NCBI GenBank assembly: GCA_051294375.1
Contig: CM119269.1
Span: forward strand, 17,033,143-17,097,142
From: Paraspadella gotoi
Lineage: Eukaryota > Animalia > Chaetognatha
Direction of reading: 5' to 3'
Length of the DNA: 64,000 nucleotides
Shown here: positions 52,780 through 64,000 of the stretch, piece by piece
How the letters are laid out: every line of letters begins with the position of its first letter
Position numbering within the stretch: position 1 is the stretch's first letter
Made by a program: the position numbers and the translations under genes
The notes under the pieces: model-generated
Database searches by the model: none
What the model was told of the DNA's origin: nothing
Seen by the model: the letters and a program-made list of their open reading frames with translations, nothing else

Positions 52780-54200
52780 ATTCGTTTTCTTTCTTTGTTT
52801 TTGGTTTTCTTTCTTTCGCTTTCTTATCTTTCTTTCTTTCTTTCTTTCCTTTATATGGGTGATAAATTCTTGTCGTTTCTTGTCTTTTCTTTTCTTTCCT
52901 CTTTCCTCGGCTTGCTGCTGTCTGTCTGTTTCTTACTTTCTTTCTTTATTTCTTTTTCCAGCGTCTCTCTTCCGGAAACCGGGGCGCCAAGGGAAATTTT
53001 CGCTGCGACGGCATATAGCGAAGAGATGAGCTGAGACTAGGAGGGTCACACTCGGAAGGTAGCGAAAAGTTGATTAGTTTATGGGAGAGTTAAGTATATA
53101 ATTCGCTGGAGGTTAATTAAGGCCTGCGAAAGAGAATATTGTCATTTCCTTCTTCCTCCGATTTCATAAGAGTCCGAGATCTGTGGTGACTCGTGAAAAA
53201 AGGATCACGTGGTGTGAACAGGAGTTTCACTAAATGCAGACGAATTCCTTTGCTGTCAACATAAACGGACGCGATCGGTCCGTAAGAAGACCAAAGGATT
53301 TACAGCGCACGAGTGGAATTGGCAGTTCGTTTCTTAATACCTAGTCAGGTTCTGTTGTGTGTATATTTTTTGGCGGCTAATAAAAATCTCCTTTGGCCGT
53401 GGAATTTTTTCTTAATCTTTAGAAACGTATATTCAAAAATCTTCGCGTCGGCCCAGTATGATTCGGCGTCCCCTTAATCGCGCCTTATGCCTCCATTTTC
53501 CCTCCTAATGGTCCTATATTTCTCGATTACCGGCCCCCGGCCCTTTTCGAATTTTTTTTATTTTTGAATCCATTTTTAATTCAACGCCATCGACTGACTG
53601 GCATTTAGTGACGGTTTGTTTAGAACTTCTCCGTTTGAATTTCTGCACCTTTTCTCTTCAGTCGTTTTGCATATTTTGTAATCAAAATAACGTTTTTTTT
53701 TCCGCAGATTTTGACGGAACGAGGAATTTTTTCTCTTCGTTCAGAGTAGGGTGAAAAAAAAAGTTACAAACTATTAGTGTAGGACAGAAATTCTTTCTTT
53801 TTTAAGATCTCCAGCTCGCTTCCATTAACCAAATTGGATCTTCTTTCCAGGTAACAGAAAGGGACTGAATCCAAAGTTCGGCAGCTAAGTTTTCGTGGTG
53901 CCATCCTCCAATTTTTGTAATCGATACGTCGAAAAAAGTCAGCTCACACAGTCGAACCGTCATATCGACCATACGCGGCTTTTTCACCTCCCTCTGCCAC
54001 GGCGTTTGCCATCAGCTCGCTGCGGCCCCGCCCTACCGCCGACTCCTCATTGCCCCGCTCCTTCGGTTTGTCAGCGAAACGAAATGGCGTTTCCTTCCCG
54101 TTAACGTGTACTTATCTCTTTTACGATTGTCCGACTCGCCTAGGATATAGATTTGTCACTTCTCTCTTTCTCCTGCTCTCTCTCTCTCTCATCTCTCTCA

Positions 54201-54235
<35 letters not shown>

Positions 54236-54256
54236 GTTCCTCCTCTCTCTCTCCTC
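52780..54256 (-). other. Indel-rich inverted copy of about 58690-60440; probable assembly artefact
   Basis: For example, GAGACTAGGAGGGTCACACTCG at about 53033 is the reverse complement of CGAGTGTGACCCTCCTAGTCTC at about 60170. A third fragment at 54282-54368 lies between N gaps. Confidence 0.7.
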
Positions 54257-54392
54257 NNNNNNNNNNNNNNNNNNNNNNNNNAAATCTCGTCGATCTCGAC
54301 TCTTGAAAATCGGAGGAAGAGAAATGGATATTCTTTTGGCAGGTTAATTAACCTCAGGAATTAATTANNNNNNNNNNNNNNNNNNNNNNNNN

Positions 54393-55737
54393 ATGGGGGA
54401 AAAATCATCAATAGGGAGAAGAAGTTGAATTTATATTTTTTTAAATCTAATCTTAAAAATATTACATATTGATATATATAATATATTGTGATGTCGCTAA
54501 TTTAAAATATTTTTGTTTTGTATTTTTGTTCTTTAATATATAAAGATGACATATAACGACGCGTTCGGGTTGGGGGGGTCGTCACTCATCGTCGTGGGGG
54601 GTCGTGTGTTGTCACCGGTCGGGGGGCGTTCGCGCCCTTCCATCCAGGGGGGTGCATCATGCGGTCTTGCCCACGGTGGGTGGTGTTCCTTCAACTATCC
54701 GAGCGCGAGTTTGACTTTTTTGGTTCGCCTTTTGTTTTCGATCCCGCTTCCTTATCATTATCTCTTCTCTCTCTCTCTCTCTCTCTCTCCCCTCTCTCTC
54801 TCCTCTCTCTCTCTCCTTCTCTCTCTCTCTCTCCCTCTCTCTCTCTCTCTTTCTCTCTCTGCTTTAGACGGTCCGCGAAGTGGATCTCCATTGTGTTTCT
54901 CTCGAAGTCGCACTGTGGACGGAAGAGGCATGAACCTTTTGAGCAACAAGGTCATCCGTCGAGGAAACAACGACGACGACGACGCGGCACGACGACGACC
55001 GTTCGATAGTGCGATAACGTTATTTTAAACATAACGAAATTGAAAATCACCCATTCGACTCGATGTTCGTAACAAACTTATCTGGCCATTGAAAATGATT
55101 AGCTTATGAGCATAAGTTTGTTGGAATTCGGCTTTGAATCATTTTCTTTCGGCTGTCTGCTTAGAAAACTTTTTGTTGACATAACATTATTAATATTAGT
55201 CAATAATTGCCGTCAGAGTAAACAAAAGAACAAACGATATGGGACCAGATTGCACGAACATTTCTTTTTTCCTCCAAATCCGTTCCTTCAATTGGCAAAG
55301 CGGAAGCCACTTTCTCTTCCTCTATTCTAAATGCCACAATTTCGCCGGCGTGAAATTGAATTTTCATCTTCTCTTTTGTCGTTCAAACGCTAAATCCTCA
55401 AGCCCGCCCCGCCGCCAGCCGCCCGCCCCCGCTAGCCCGCTTGCCATCTCGACTGTTATTAAACGCTTCTAACCACTTTAACGACTGCTCCCCCCTTTTC
55501 CCCAACCCCCAACCCCCCCTGCTCCGACTCGTCAAACAAAATAGAACATTAAAGAGCGGAATTTCCCTTCGCAAAAATTTCTCGTTTAAATTTTCTCTCT
55601 TAAATTTGGATCAGGGATCTCGAACACCCCTTTCGTTATATAATTTATCTCGCATCTCGGTATATAGTTATTATACCATGGATGGACGCGCTTTCGCACG
55701 GTCTCTCCTCTCTCTCTCTACTCTCTCTCTCCTCTCT

Positions 55738-55774
<37 letters not shown>

Positions 55775-55872
55775 ATCTCTCTCCTCTTCTCATTCTTTCT
55801 CCAATGATAAACGGTTATGAATAGTCAATAATAGTCTAAGTAATAGTATCCTTTCAATCTTCATTTCCGTTA

Positions 55873-55904
<32 letters not shown>

Positions 55905-58670
55905 ATTCTCTCCTCTCTCTCCTCTCTTCTCTCTCTACTCTCTCTCTCTCTCTCTCTCTGGTCATTACCATATACAGCTTTATATATATATTCTCTGTTG
56001 TCATCCCGCCGTCAAGTCATTAAGTGTCATCCATGACCCCTGTCTCTACTTCAAATTGTCATCCCTCCCCAACTTACCGCCGTGTCCCCGTCCCGTTCGT
56101 CCCCCCCTTTCGGCAGGAAGAAACACACTAAAATCGTGCGAACCCGACCGAACCGATTCCAAGTCGAATGGCCTCTCCCACCACTTTCCACCCCCCCCCC
56201 GACGTAGCACTCCTGTCCTAAATTTGCGCGACCATTCGTTTTATTAATTGGAGTCTATTGACTCCCGCCCCCCCCCTCCCCTCCGCCCACTCGAATCCCT
56301 CGCAGCGAATCTTGTTTCGTCCCGCGTGTTTCCCATCGCGGGACGATCCTTCCCTGATGTGGCGGTCGAGACGTTACGGAAGAAAATGGCGTCCCGCGCG
56401 GTTTGTGGGAAAAATAAAAAAAAAAAAGGCCAAAGTAAAAACAAAAGAAACCGATTTCCCCTCGGCGAGCGGCGAGAGTGGTTTGAAGGATCGCAGGAGG
56501 CGGTTGTGAAGAATTGGCGTAGTGGGTAGGCGAGAAAAGAAAGAGACTCCAGTTCTTCTTCGTGTTCGACGTTTTTTAAAAGTCGTAATTTTGTGTTTCT
56601 CACGAACTTTACGAAGCGTTTTCGAAACTTTATGGGAATGGAATTTTTTTAAATTTGTTATTTCCCATTTCACTCTAAAAAACAGATTAAAAGGTATGTG
56701 AGAATCTCTCGTCCGAGGCAAACGGTCGCCGTTTTACGATGCAAACGAGAATCAGATGTTTTCTGACCTTTTGCATCGTTGATTCCGACTCGCATGTCCA
56801 CGAGTGATTCCTACCTCAATCGCTCGACGTGATTTGAGCAGTCCTCAAACGACTATGTTTTCTAACTTATGGAAGGTGATTTTAATTTCAAATTTGAAAT
56901 TAAACCCGTATTCAAAGAGATCGATTTCTTTTATATTTGCAGTTCCATTCGACACGTAACATCGCGATTATCTGAGATAATAAAATTGACCCCCCGCACC
57001 CCTTTTTTTCATGACCTAAAATTTTTCTTTTGACCCTATGCTTTGTTGATTTACTGTGTGTCCCTGCCTTACCTTTCTTTTTCCTTTTCGTTACTCAACT
57101 CGCGCTTCCCTTTTCACCGCAGCACTCCCCCGCTCCTTCAAAAACTTGAAGTTGGCCGAAAATAGTTTGGCGGCCCCAACCGAACCTTTTGTATGGTTGC
57201 ATGTTATCGATCGGGGCCTTCGCCGGCGGGACGAACCGTCCGCAACCCTCTCCAAACTGCCACCCGAACGGCTGGCTGAAAGTTCCGTCCCCCGGCGGTC
57301 CGATCCTTTCCATCATAAACTTGGCTTCTGCGTTCTCCGGCAAAACTGATTTTTTCTTCCTTCTGAAAGATGTCTGCAAAGGTTAGGGGTATTGAGCGGC
57401 CGCGGCGCCATTCGACGTTTAGGGAAAAAAATTATGAAACAAAAAAAGTCGCGAAGTCGCCACGCCACTTGCGACGCAAACTTACCGGAAACGCCGAGGA
57501 TCGTAGTAGGAGCAAAGCCGCCGCCATTTGCGTTATTGATCGCCCGCTGACGCGCCGCCTTCTACGTCTTCCCTCCAAGCCCATTGGAAGAGCGCGTCCG
57601 ATCTCGTCCTCTGTGGTACCATGCCCCAGTTGTGACTCGAACTTCGTTGAACTCCCCCCAGCTCGACTTGAACCGGATGTAGTCCGCCCTGGAAAAAATA
57701 GGTTGGTCTGATATGTACTGAAGGGACATTGGGTTTATATTTTTATCCCATTATAATACGCCCCCATCTTAAAGCCAGTTCCCCTTGCTCTGAGGAAACG
57801 TTAGTGCCGACTGCCGGCTCATTGGGTTCCGGCCAAGGGCCTTTGCGTCTCCGTTGTTCAGTTCTGTGGGTATTGTTTTTTCGGTAATTTTTGTAGTTCT
57901 CGTGAGTTCATAATCCCTGTAGCTTGTCCATTACTTCCTATATCTCTTCCCCTTCGGTTTTAGGCTCCGGAACGAAAAGTTCGCAGCCTACGAAACCTGC
58001 AAACGCGTTAGAAAGGTTTTCTTCTTTTTCAGCGGATTTTTTTCAAGGGATATTCTATTCATCATCTCTATGACAAAATGAGATTCAGAGTTCGGTGTTG
58101 AGGTCTTGTTTTTGATGGTTTGGTTCCGCTCTGAAGTAGTTGGTTGTTAGGACTGCCGTCCCGTCTTTCTGTCCACTCCGTCCCTCCGTCTATCCGTCCT
58201 CTGAACGACCTCTGCTCCGTTCTTACGCTGTTCTTACGTCTACGCTTGATGACAGGCAAAAACGTTAAGTTGCTCGTATCTCGAGCCCCTGAATAACTAC
58301 TTTGTTATTGATAATATGCACTTATTACTCTACTAATTGATAACGATACTTATCGCCGTCCCAATCATTCAATATTCATATTCAATATTGTTCAACGGGG
58401 CAAAAATACATTAACGTTAAGTTGGTTGATACTTTTATTTTTAAAAAAGACGTATGAAATATTTGCACATGCTTCTTTGAGCCCCATACAGTATGGCGCA
58501 TTTTAAAAAATTTGCGTTGGGAAATTCGAAGCCCATATGCATTTTAAAAAACTCTTCTAAAAAAACCGTGTTTTTCCCGGCTGTATACTCGTGTCCTTTT
58601 TTTTCAATTCTTTCTCCATTCGGTGTCAGTGACGCGCTATTTTTTCGACGCATACGTTCAATCCACCGCA
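54393..58670 (+). other. Insertion-rich duplicate of about 41130-44710, including a frameshifted copy of the CIMIP1-like gene; probable uncorrected long-read gap fill
   Basis: Collinear over about 3.6 kb of source sequence but expanded to about 4.3 kb by scattered 1-3 nt insertions. It starts right after an N gap. Confidence 0.8.
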
Positions 58671-60307
58671 GCGAGGAGGAGCAGGATGAGAGAGAGAGTG
58701 AATGAATGGAGACTGAGGCGGGGAAGAGCGGATGAGAAAAAAGATGGAAGAAGAGACGCAGGCAGAGGCTGAGAGAAGAGAGCGAGGCAGACGAAGCGAC
58801 TAGATTCGGGACGAGGAGCGATGATCTCGAGAGGAGAGGAACGAGTAGCAGAGACGAGCATGCAAAAATCTATATCTCTGCGACGTCGGACAATTGTCGT
58901 AAAGAGATTAAAGTTCACTTTAACTGGCGATAGACGGAAACGGCATCCCCATATCGTAATCCGTGATCAGACCGAAGGGATGTGGGGATGAGGAAGTGGA
59001 TGGGAGGGGTGGTGTACCGGGCGCCAGTGTAGTGGATTGGGGAATGCGCAAACGCGTGAGGGTCTGAGTGATAAAACGCGTCTATGGTCGATATGGCACG
59101 GCAGTCGGACTGTTGTGAGCTGACTTTTGCATGTGACTTTTTCCCGACGTTTCGCATTAAAATGCATTGAGATGGCACCACTGAAAACGTTACGGCGACT
59201 TTGGATAAGTGCCCTCGTCCTTTTCCTGGAAAAAGCTTTTGGTGGCCACAACACAAGAAGTTATCAATTGTGCTTAATGCGAAGCTTGAGGAGCATTTAA
59301 CAAAAAAAAACGAGAAAATTTTCGTTGTCACAACTAACGTTATTGTACTGCTAACTGACTTTTTTTTTCACCACCTACTTACTTGAACGAAGAGGAAAAA
59401 AAATTCCCGTTCCTGTCAAAAACTGGAAAAAAAAAAAAAAGGTTTTTGATTTAAAAAAAATGAATACGAGAGAGAAGAAAAAAGTGGACGATATAAAAGG
59501 AGCGGAAACTATGGGTTTTAAAATACAAACCGGTCACTATATGCAGTCTTGTCGATGCCGGTGAATTTAAATGGATTTCAAAGATATAAAACAAAATTGA
59601 AAAGGGGTAGGGGGTGCCGGGGTCAATCGAGAAGAAATATGCGGAGGGAAAAATTGGCGGATGAAGGGGAGCCGATATTATGGGGGACGGAAGATTTATT
59701 TAATATACGTTTCTAAGATCTAATTGAAAAAATTCCGCGCCAAAAAGATTTTTAAATTACCGCGCCAAAAAATAAATAAAAACCAGAAATGTGGATAAGG
59801 CTGGGAAACTATGTATAAAAAAGACAATGGGTTCTCCCACTCGTTAATGGCTTGTTAAATCTTGGGCCCTTTCCGGATCAGACTAACCCGCGTCCGTTTT
59901 TTCCTTCGTTGGACGGCAAAGAATTCTCGTTTTGCTGCATTTTAGTGAAACTCCTACTGTTCACAACTTGATCCTTTTTTCACGAAGTTCGACACGAAAT
60001 ATCACTCGAGAGAAGCGATCACAAAATCTCGTCGAAAATCTCGAACTTCCTTATTTGAAAATCGGGTGTAGCGGTACTAAGAGGAAATGTCTGATATTCT
60101 TTTGGCAGCGTTTAATTAACCTTCAGGAATTAATTAAGCTCCCTATTAACTTAATCAACCTTTCGCTCTCGAGTGTGACCCTCCTAGTCTCGTCATCTCC
60201 TCGCTATGTCGCCGTCGGGAAAGTTTCCCATGACGCCGGATTCCGGAAGAGACACCGGAAACGACGCCGAGTGGAAGAAATAAAGAAAGAAAGAAAGAAA
60301 GAAAGAT

Positions 60308-60348
<41 letters not shown>

Positions 60349-60768
60349 CAAAGAAACAAAGAAACAAAGAAACAAAGAAAGAAAGAAAGAAAGAAAAAAA
60401 GAAAGAAAGAAAGAAAGAAAAGAAAAAGAAAGTAGGATTTTTCGCATTTTTGATTTTCTTTCCGCTTGAGTCAGTTTTGGATCCCAGTTCACCGCACCTT
60501 TGGGCGAATTGACAACGGCGACGACGATGACGGCGACAATAACGACGACGACGACGACGACGAAGGGAACGACGGCAACGACAACAGAATCGACGACGAC
60601 GACGATGACGACGACGACGACGACGGCAACTACGAACGCCGGTAAAAAACGCAGACAAGTGTGTGACTGAGACTCAAAAGCTGAAAAATAAGGTCAAAGG
60701 TTAAAAATTAAAGGAGATATGGATTTATAATGGAGGTGAAATTGAAAGAAGAGATGGGGGAAGAGAGG

Positions 60769-62098
60769 NNNNNNNNNNNNNNNNNNNNNNNNNNNNNNNN
60801 NNNNNNNNNNNNNNNNNNNNNNNNNNNNNNNNNNNNNNNNNNNNNNNNNNNNNNNNNNNNNNNNNNNNNNNNNNNNNNNNNNNNNNNNNNNNNNNNNNNN
60901 NNNNNNNNNNNNNNNNNNNNNNNNNNNNNNNNNNNNNNNNNNNNNNNNNNNNNGAGAGAGAGAGAGAGAGAGAGATCGCCTTATTAGTATTTTTTTCTTT
61001 TAACCTTGCCTCACCATTTATGTTTCCATCTTTTGTCACATTTTTGTTTCTTTTTAAACTGTTATATACTAAAGCCAAGACTTAATTTTAAACTTATCCT
61101 TAACCTTAATTTATCCTTAACCCTAACTTACCCTTAACAAAAAATTATCTATCCTTATCCGGATTCGAATTTTATTTTCTCTCTCTTAAACTCAATCGCT
61201 ACGTTAAGAGCAACAACAACAACAACAACCGCCCCCCCCAAAAAAAAAACTCTCCGCAGCAAAAAATTAGTATTCGGTTTATGCCTCTTTACCGCAAAGT
61301 ATTAAAAAAAACGGTAGTTTGGCTAATGGGTCGGCCGGTCGTCGGCCTCTTGTCGGCCTCTTGTCGGCCGTAGTCGGGTGCCAAGGCCGTCGCACCCTCT
61401 TCGGCTTCTTCCGCTTCGTTTGCCGACAGATTATGACTTCGATCCCACGATTCGCCGAAAAAAACTCCATCAGGCGTCTCTCTCTCTCNNNNNNNNNNNN
61501 NNNNNNNNNNNNNNNNNNNNNNNNNNNNNNNNNNNNNNNNNNNNNNNNNNNNNNNNNNNNNNNNNNNNNNNNNNNNNNNNNNNNNNNNNNNNNNNNNNNN
61601 NNNNNNNNNNNNNNNNNNNNNNNNNNNNNNNNNNNNNNNNNNNNNNNNTCTTTTTCCATCAAATGGCTCCCTCTCCATCAATTTGTTTTCTCTCCATCCA
61701 CAGCCTCTATACTTAATACTTATTAACCGTGTCTCGACCTCAATTGTCTTTTTCTTCATGGATTTTCTACATCAGGAGTTAACTTTTCGTCTAACTTCAT
61801 CTCTTTCTACATTAACCGTCTATTTCTTCATCCGCTGTCTCACTACATCTTTCTTTCTTTTAAATAAAATGACATTCGTATTCAGAGAAAAATTTCGACT
61901 CGAACCCCAAGCGTCCACAACCCCCATCACTTTCACTTTCGCCTCTCCACTTGTCCATCACTTCCACATCATCTCACCATCATCTCTCCTCTTAATCTTT
62001 CCCCATCAACTTGATGAGACCAGAAAGAAATCTCTTCGCTAAAGAAGCGACGCGATCGCATCGTCATGACGAAACAGGGACGAAACATGGAAGAAACA

Positions 62099-62135
<37 letters not shown>

Positions 62136-63132
62136 NNNNNNNNNNNNNNNNNNNNNNNNNNNNNNNNNNNNNNNNNNNNNNNNNNNNNNNNNNNNNNNNN
62201 NNNNNNNNNNNNNNNNNNNNNNNNNNNNNNNNNNNNNNNNNNNNNNNNNNNNNNNNNNNNNNNNNNNNNNNNNNNNNNNNNNNNNNNNNNNNNNNNNNNN
62301 NNNNNNNNNNNNNNNNNNNNNNNNNNNNNNNNNNNNNNNNNNNNNNNNNNNNNNNNNNNNNNNNNNNNNNNNNNNNNNNNNNNNNNNNNNNNNNNNNNNN
62401 NNNNNNNNNNNNNNNNNNNNNNNNNNNNNNNNNNNNNNNNNNNNNNNNNNNNNNNNNNNNNNNNNNNNNNNNNNNNNNNNNNNNNNNNNNNNNNNNNNNN
62501 NNNNNNNNNNNNNNNNNNNNNNNNNNNNNNNNNNNNNNNNNNNNNNNNNNNNNNNNNNNNNNNNNNNNNNNNNNNNNNNNNNNNNNNNNNNNNNNNNNNN
62601 NNNNNNNNNNNNNNNNNNNNNNNNNNNNNNNNNNNNNNNNNNNNNNNNNNNNNNNNNNNNNNNNNNNNNNNNNNNNNNNNNNNNNNNNNNNNNNNNNNNN
62701 NNNNNNNNNNNNNNNNNNNNNNNNNNNNNNNNNNNNNNNNNNNNNNNNNNNNNNNNNNNNNNNNNNNNNNNNNNNNNNNNNNNNNNNNNNNNNNNNNNNN
62801 NNNNNNNNNNNNNNNNNNNNNNNNNNNNNNNNNNNNNNNNNNNNNNNNNNNNNNNNNNNNNNNNNNNNNNNNNNNNNNNNNNNNNNNNNNNNNNNNNNNN
62901 NNNNNNNNNNNNNNNNNNNNNNNNNNNNNNNNNNNNNNNNNNNNNNNNNNNNNNNNNNNNNNNNNNNNNNNNNNNNNNNNNNNNNNNNNNNNNNNNNNNN
63001 NNNNNNNNNNNNNNNNNNNNNNNNNNNNNNNNNNNNNNNNNNNNNNNNNNNNNNNNNNNNNNNNNNNNNNNNNNNNNNNNNNNNNNNNNNNNNNNNNNNN
63101 NNNNNNNNNNNNNNNNNNNNNNNNNNNNNNNN
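60769..63132. other. Assembly gaps (three N runs) bounded by microsatellites
   Basis: N runs at about 60769-60953, 61489-61648 and 62135-63132, each adjacent to GA/CT or GTC repeats. Confidence 0.95.
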
Positions 63133-64000
63133 CGTCGTCGTCGTCGTCGTCGTCGTCGTCATCGCTGCTATCGTTGACTTCATAGACGTCGCAGTTGACG
63201 TCGTCGTCTAAACGAAGTGCTTAAAAATTTCTTTATCTTAGGAATGAAAATGAAGAGAGAATTTACTTTATATTATCGTGATTGACTTAGAATTCAGCTG
63301 AAAAGTTTGAAAGCAGGAAAAAAAGAAGAAAGCGACGCAAGAAGAAAGAAGAGATAATTTATGTTAATGAAAAAAAATAAAATGTCATAAATGATATTAA
63401 CTAATATCAAAAGTAAATCTTGACGTTATAACATGTAATATATATATCGCTTTCAGAATATCTGGGAAAAAAATACACTAAAATACACTAAAAAATCTCT
63501 CACATCATTCATTCAAATCGGGAGTAAAAAGTTTTCGTTTGAACTAAATTCGTGATTTTGAAAAAAGATCATTTCTGAAAAAGACGGTGATGATGATGAT
63601 GATAATGATGATGACGGCGATAACGACAAAGACAACAAAAACAACGTTTTAGACGATGTCGACGACGATTATAACGACGACGACGACGATTCCGAAGATA
63701 ACGATCATAAAGACGATCGATTTGCGGTCAAAGACGATTTTTCACGCTTTCGTTTCGTAAAAGTTTTTTTTCTTTTTCATCTCAAACAAAAAAAAGAGAG
63801 AGATCCAAAGTGTTCGCCATTCTCTTCGACGGCGTATGCCATATTACTCTTCTCTCTCTCTCTTCTCCTCTCTTCTCTCTCTCTCTCTCTCATCTCCTCT
63901 GTCTCATCGTCATCATCTCTCTTTCTCTCTCTCCATTTATCCTCCTCTCTCTTTCTCTTTCATTCCGCCAAAGAAATCCAGGACATCGTACAATATGCCC

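Noticed and set aside
60725-63211. Long ORFs of 85-404 aa near the end of the window
   Set aside because: Artefacts of N runs and microsatellites.

Overview
Eukaryotic DNA from an invertebrate animal, with GT-AG introns that are often 60-80 nt and AT-rich introns full of transposons. I reconstructed these genes by hand: the last exon of a divergent aspartate-aminotransferase-like gene (31-253), calcineurin B homologous protein (4 exons), intronless JMJD5/KDM8, a CLIC chloride channel (6 exons), TRAPPC9 (28 coding exons), SSUH2 (minus strand, 4 exons) and a hidden 3-exon C20orf85/CIMIP1-like ciliary gene (minus strand). The main discovery is in CLIC intron 1: a 682-bp non-coding LTR element with TG...CA LTRs, a tRNA-Arg-like PBS, a PPT and a 4-bp TSD. 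Each of its two LTRs contains a circularly permuted (type-P5) twister ribozyme fold. CLIC intron 5 holds a solo LTR of a sister family whose twister shows compensatory changes in most stems. Together these look like an animal twister-based LTR retrozyme, although all three copies carry decay mutations. The window also contains Helentron/DINE-1-like elements, nested MITEs, satellites and microsatellites. From about 47 kb onward the sequence is gap-ridden, with indel-rich duplicated segments that are probably uncorrected long-read fill. All family assignments come from motif recognition by eye; no database search was run.
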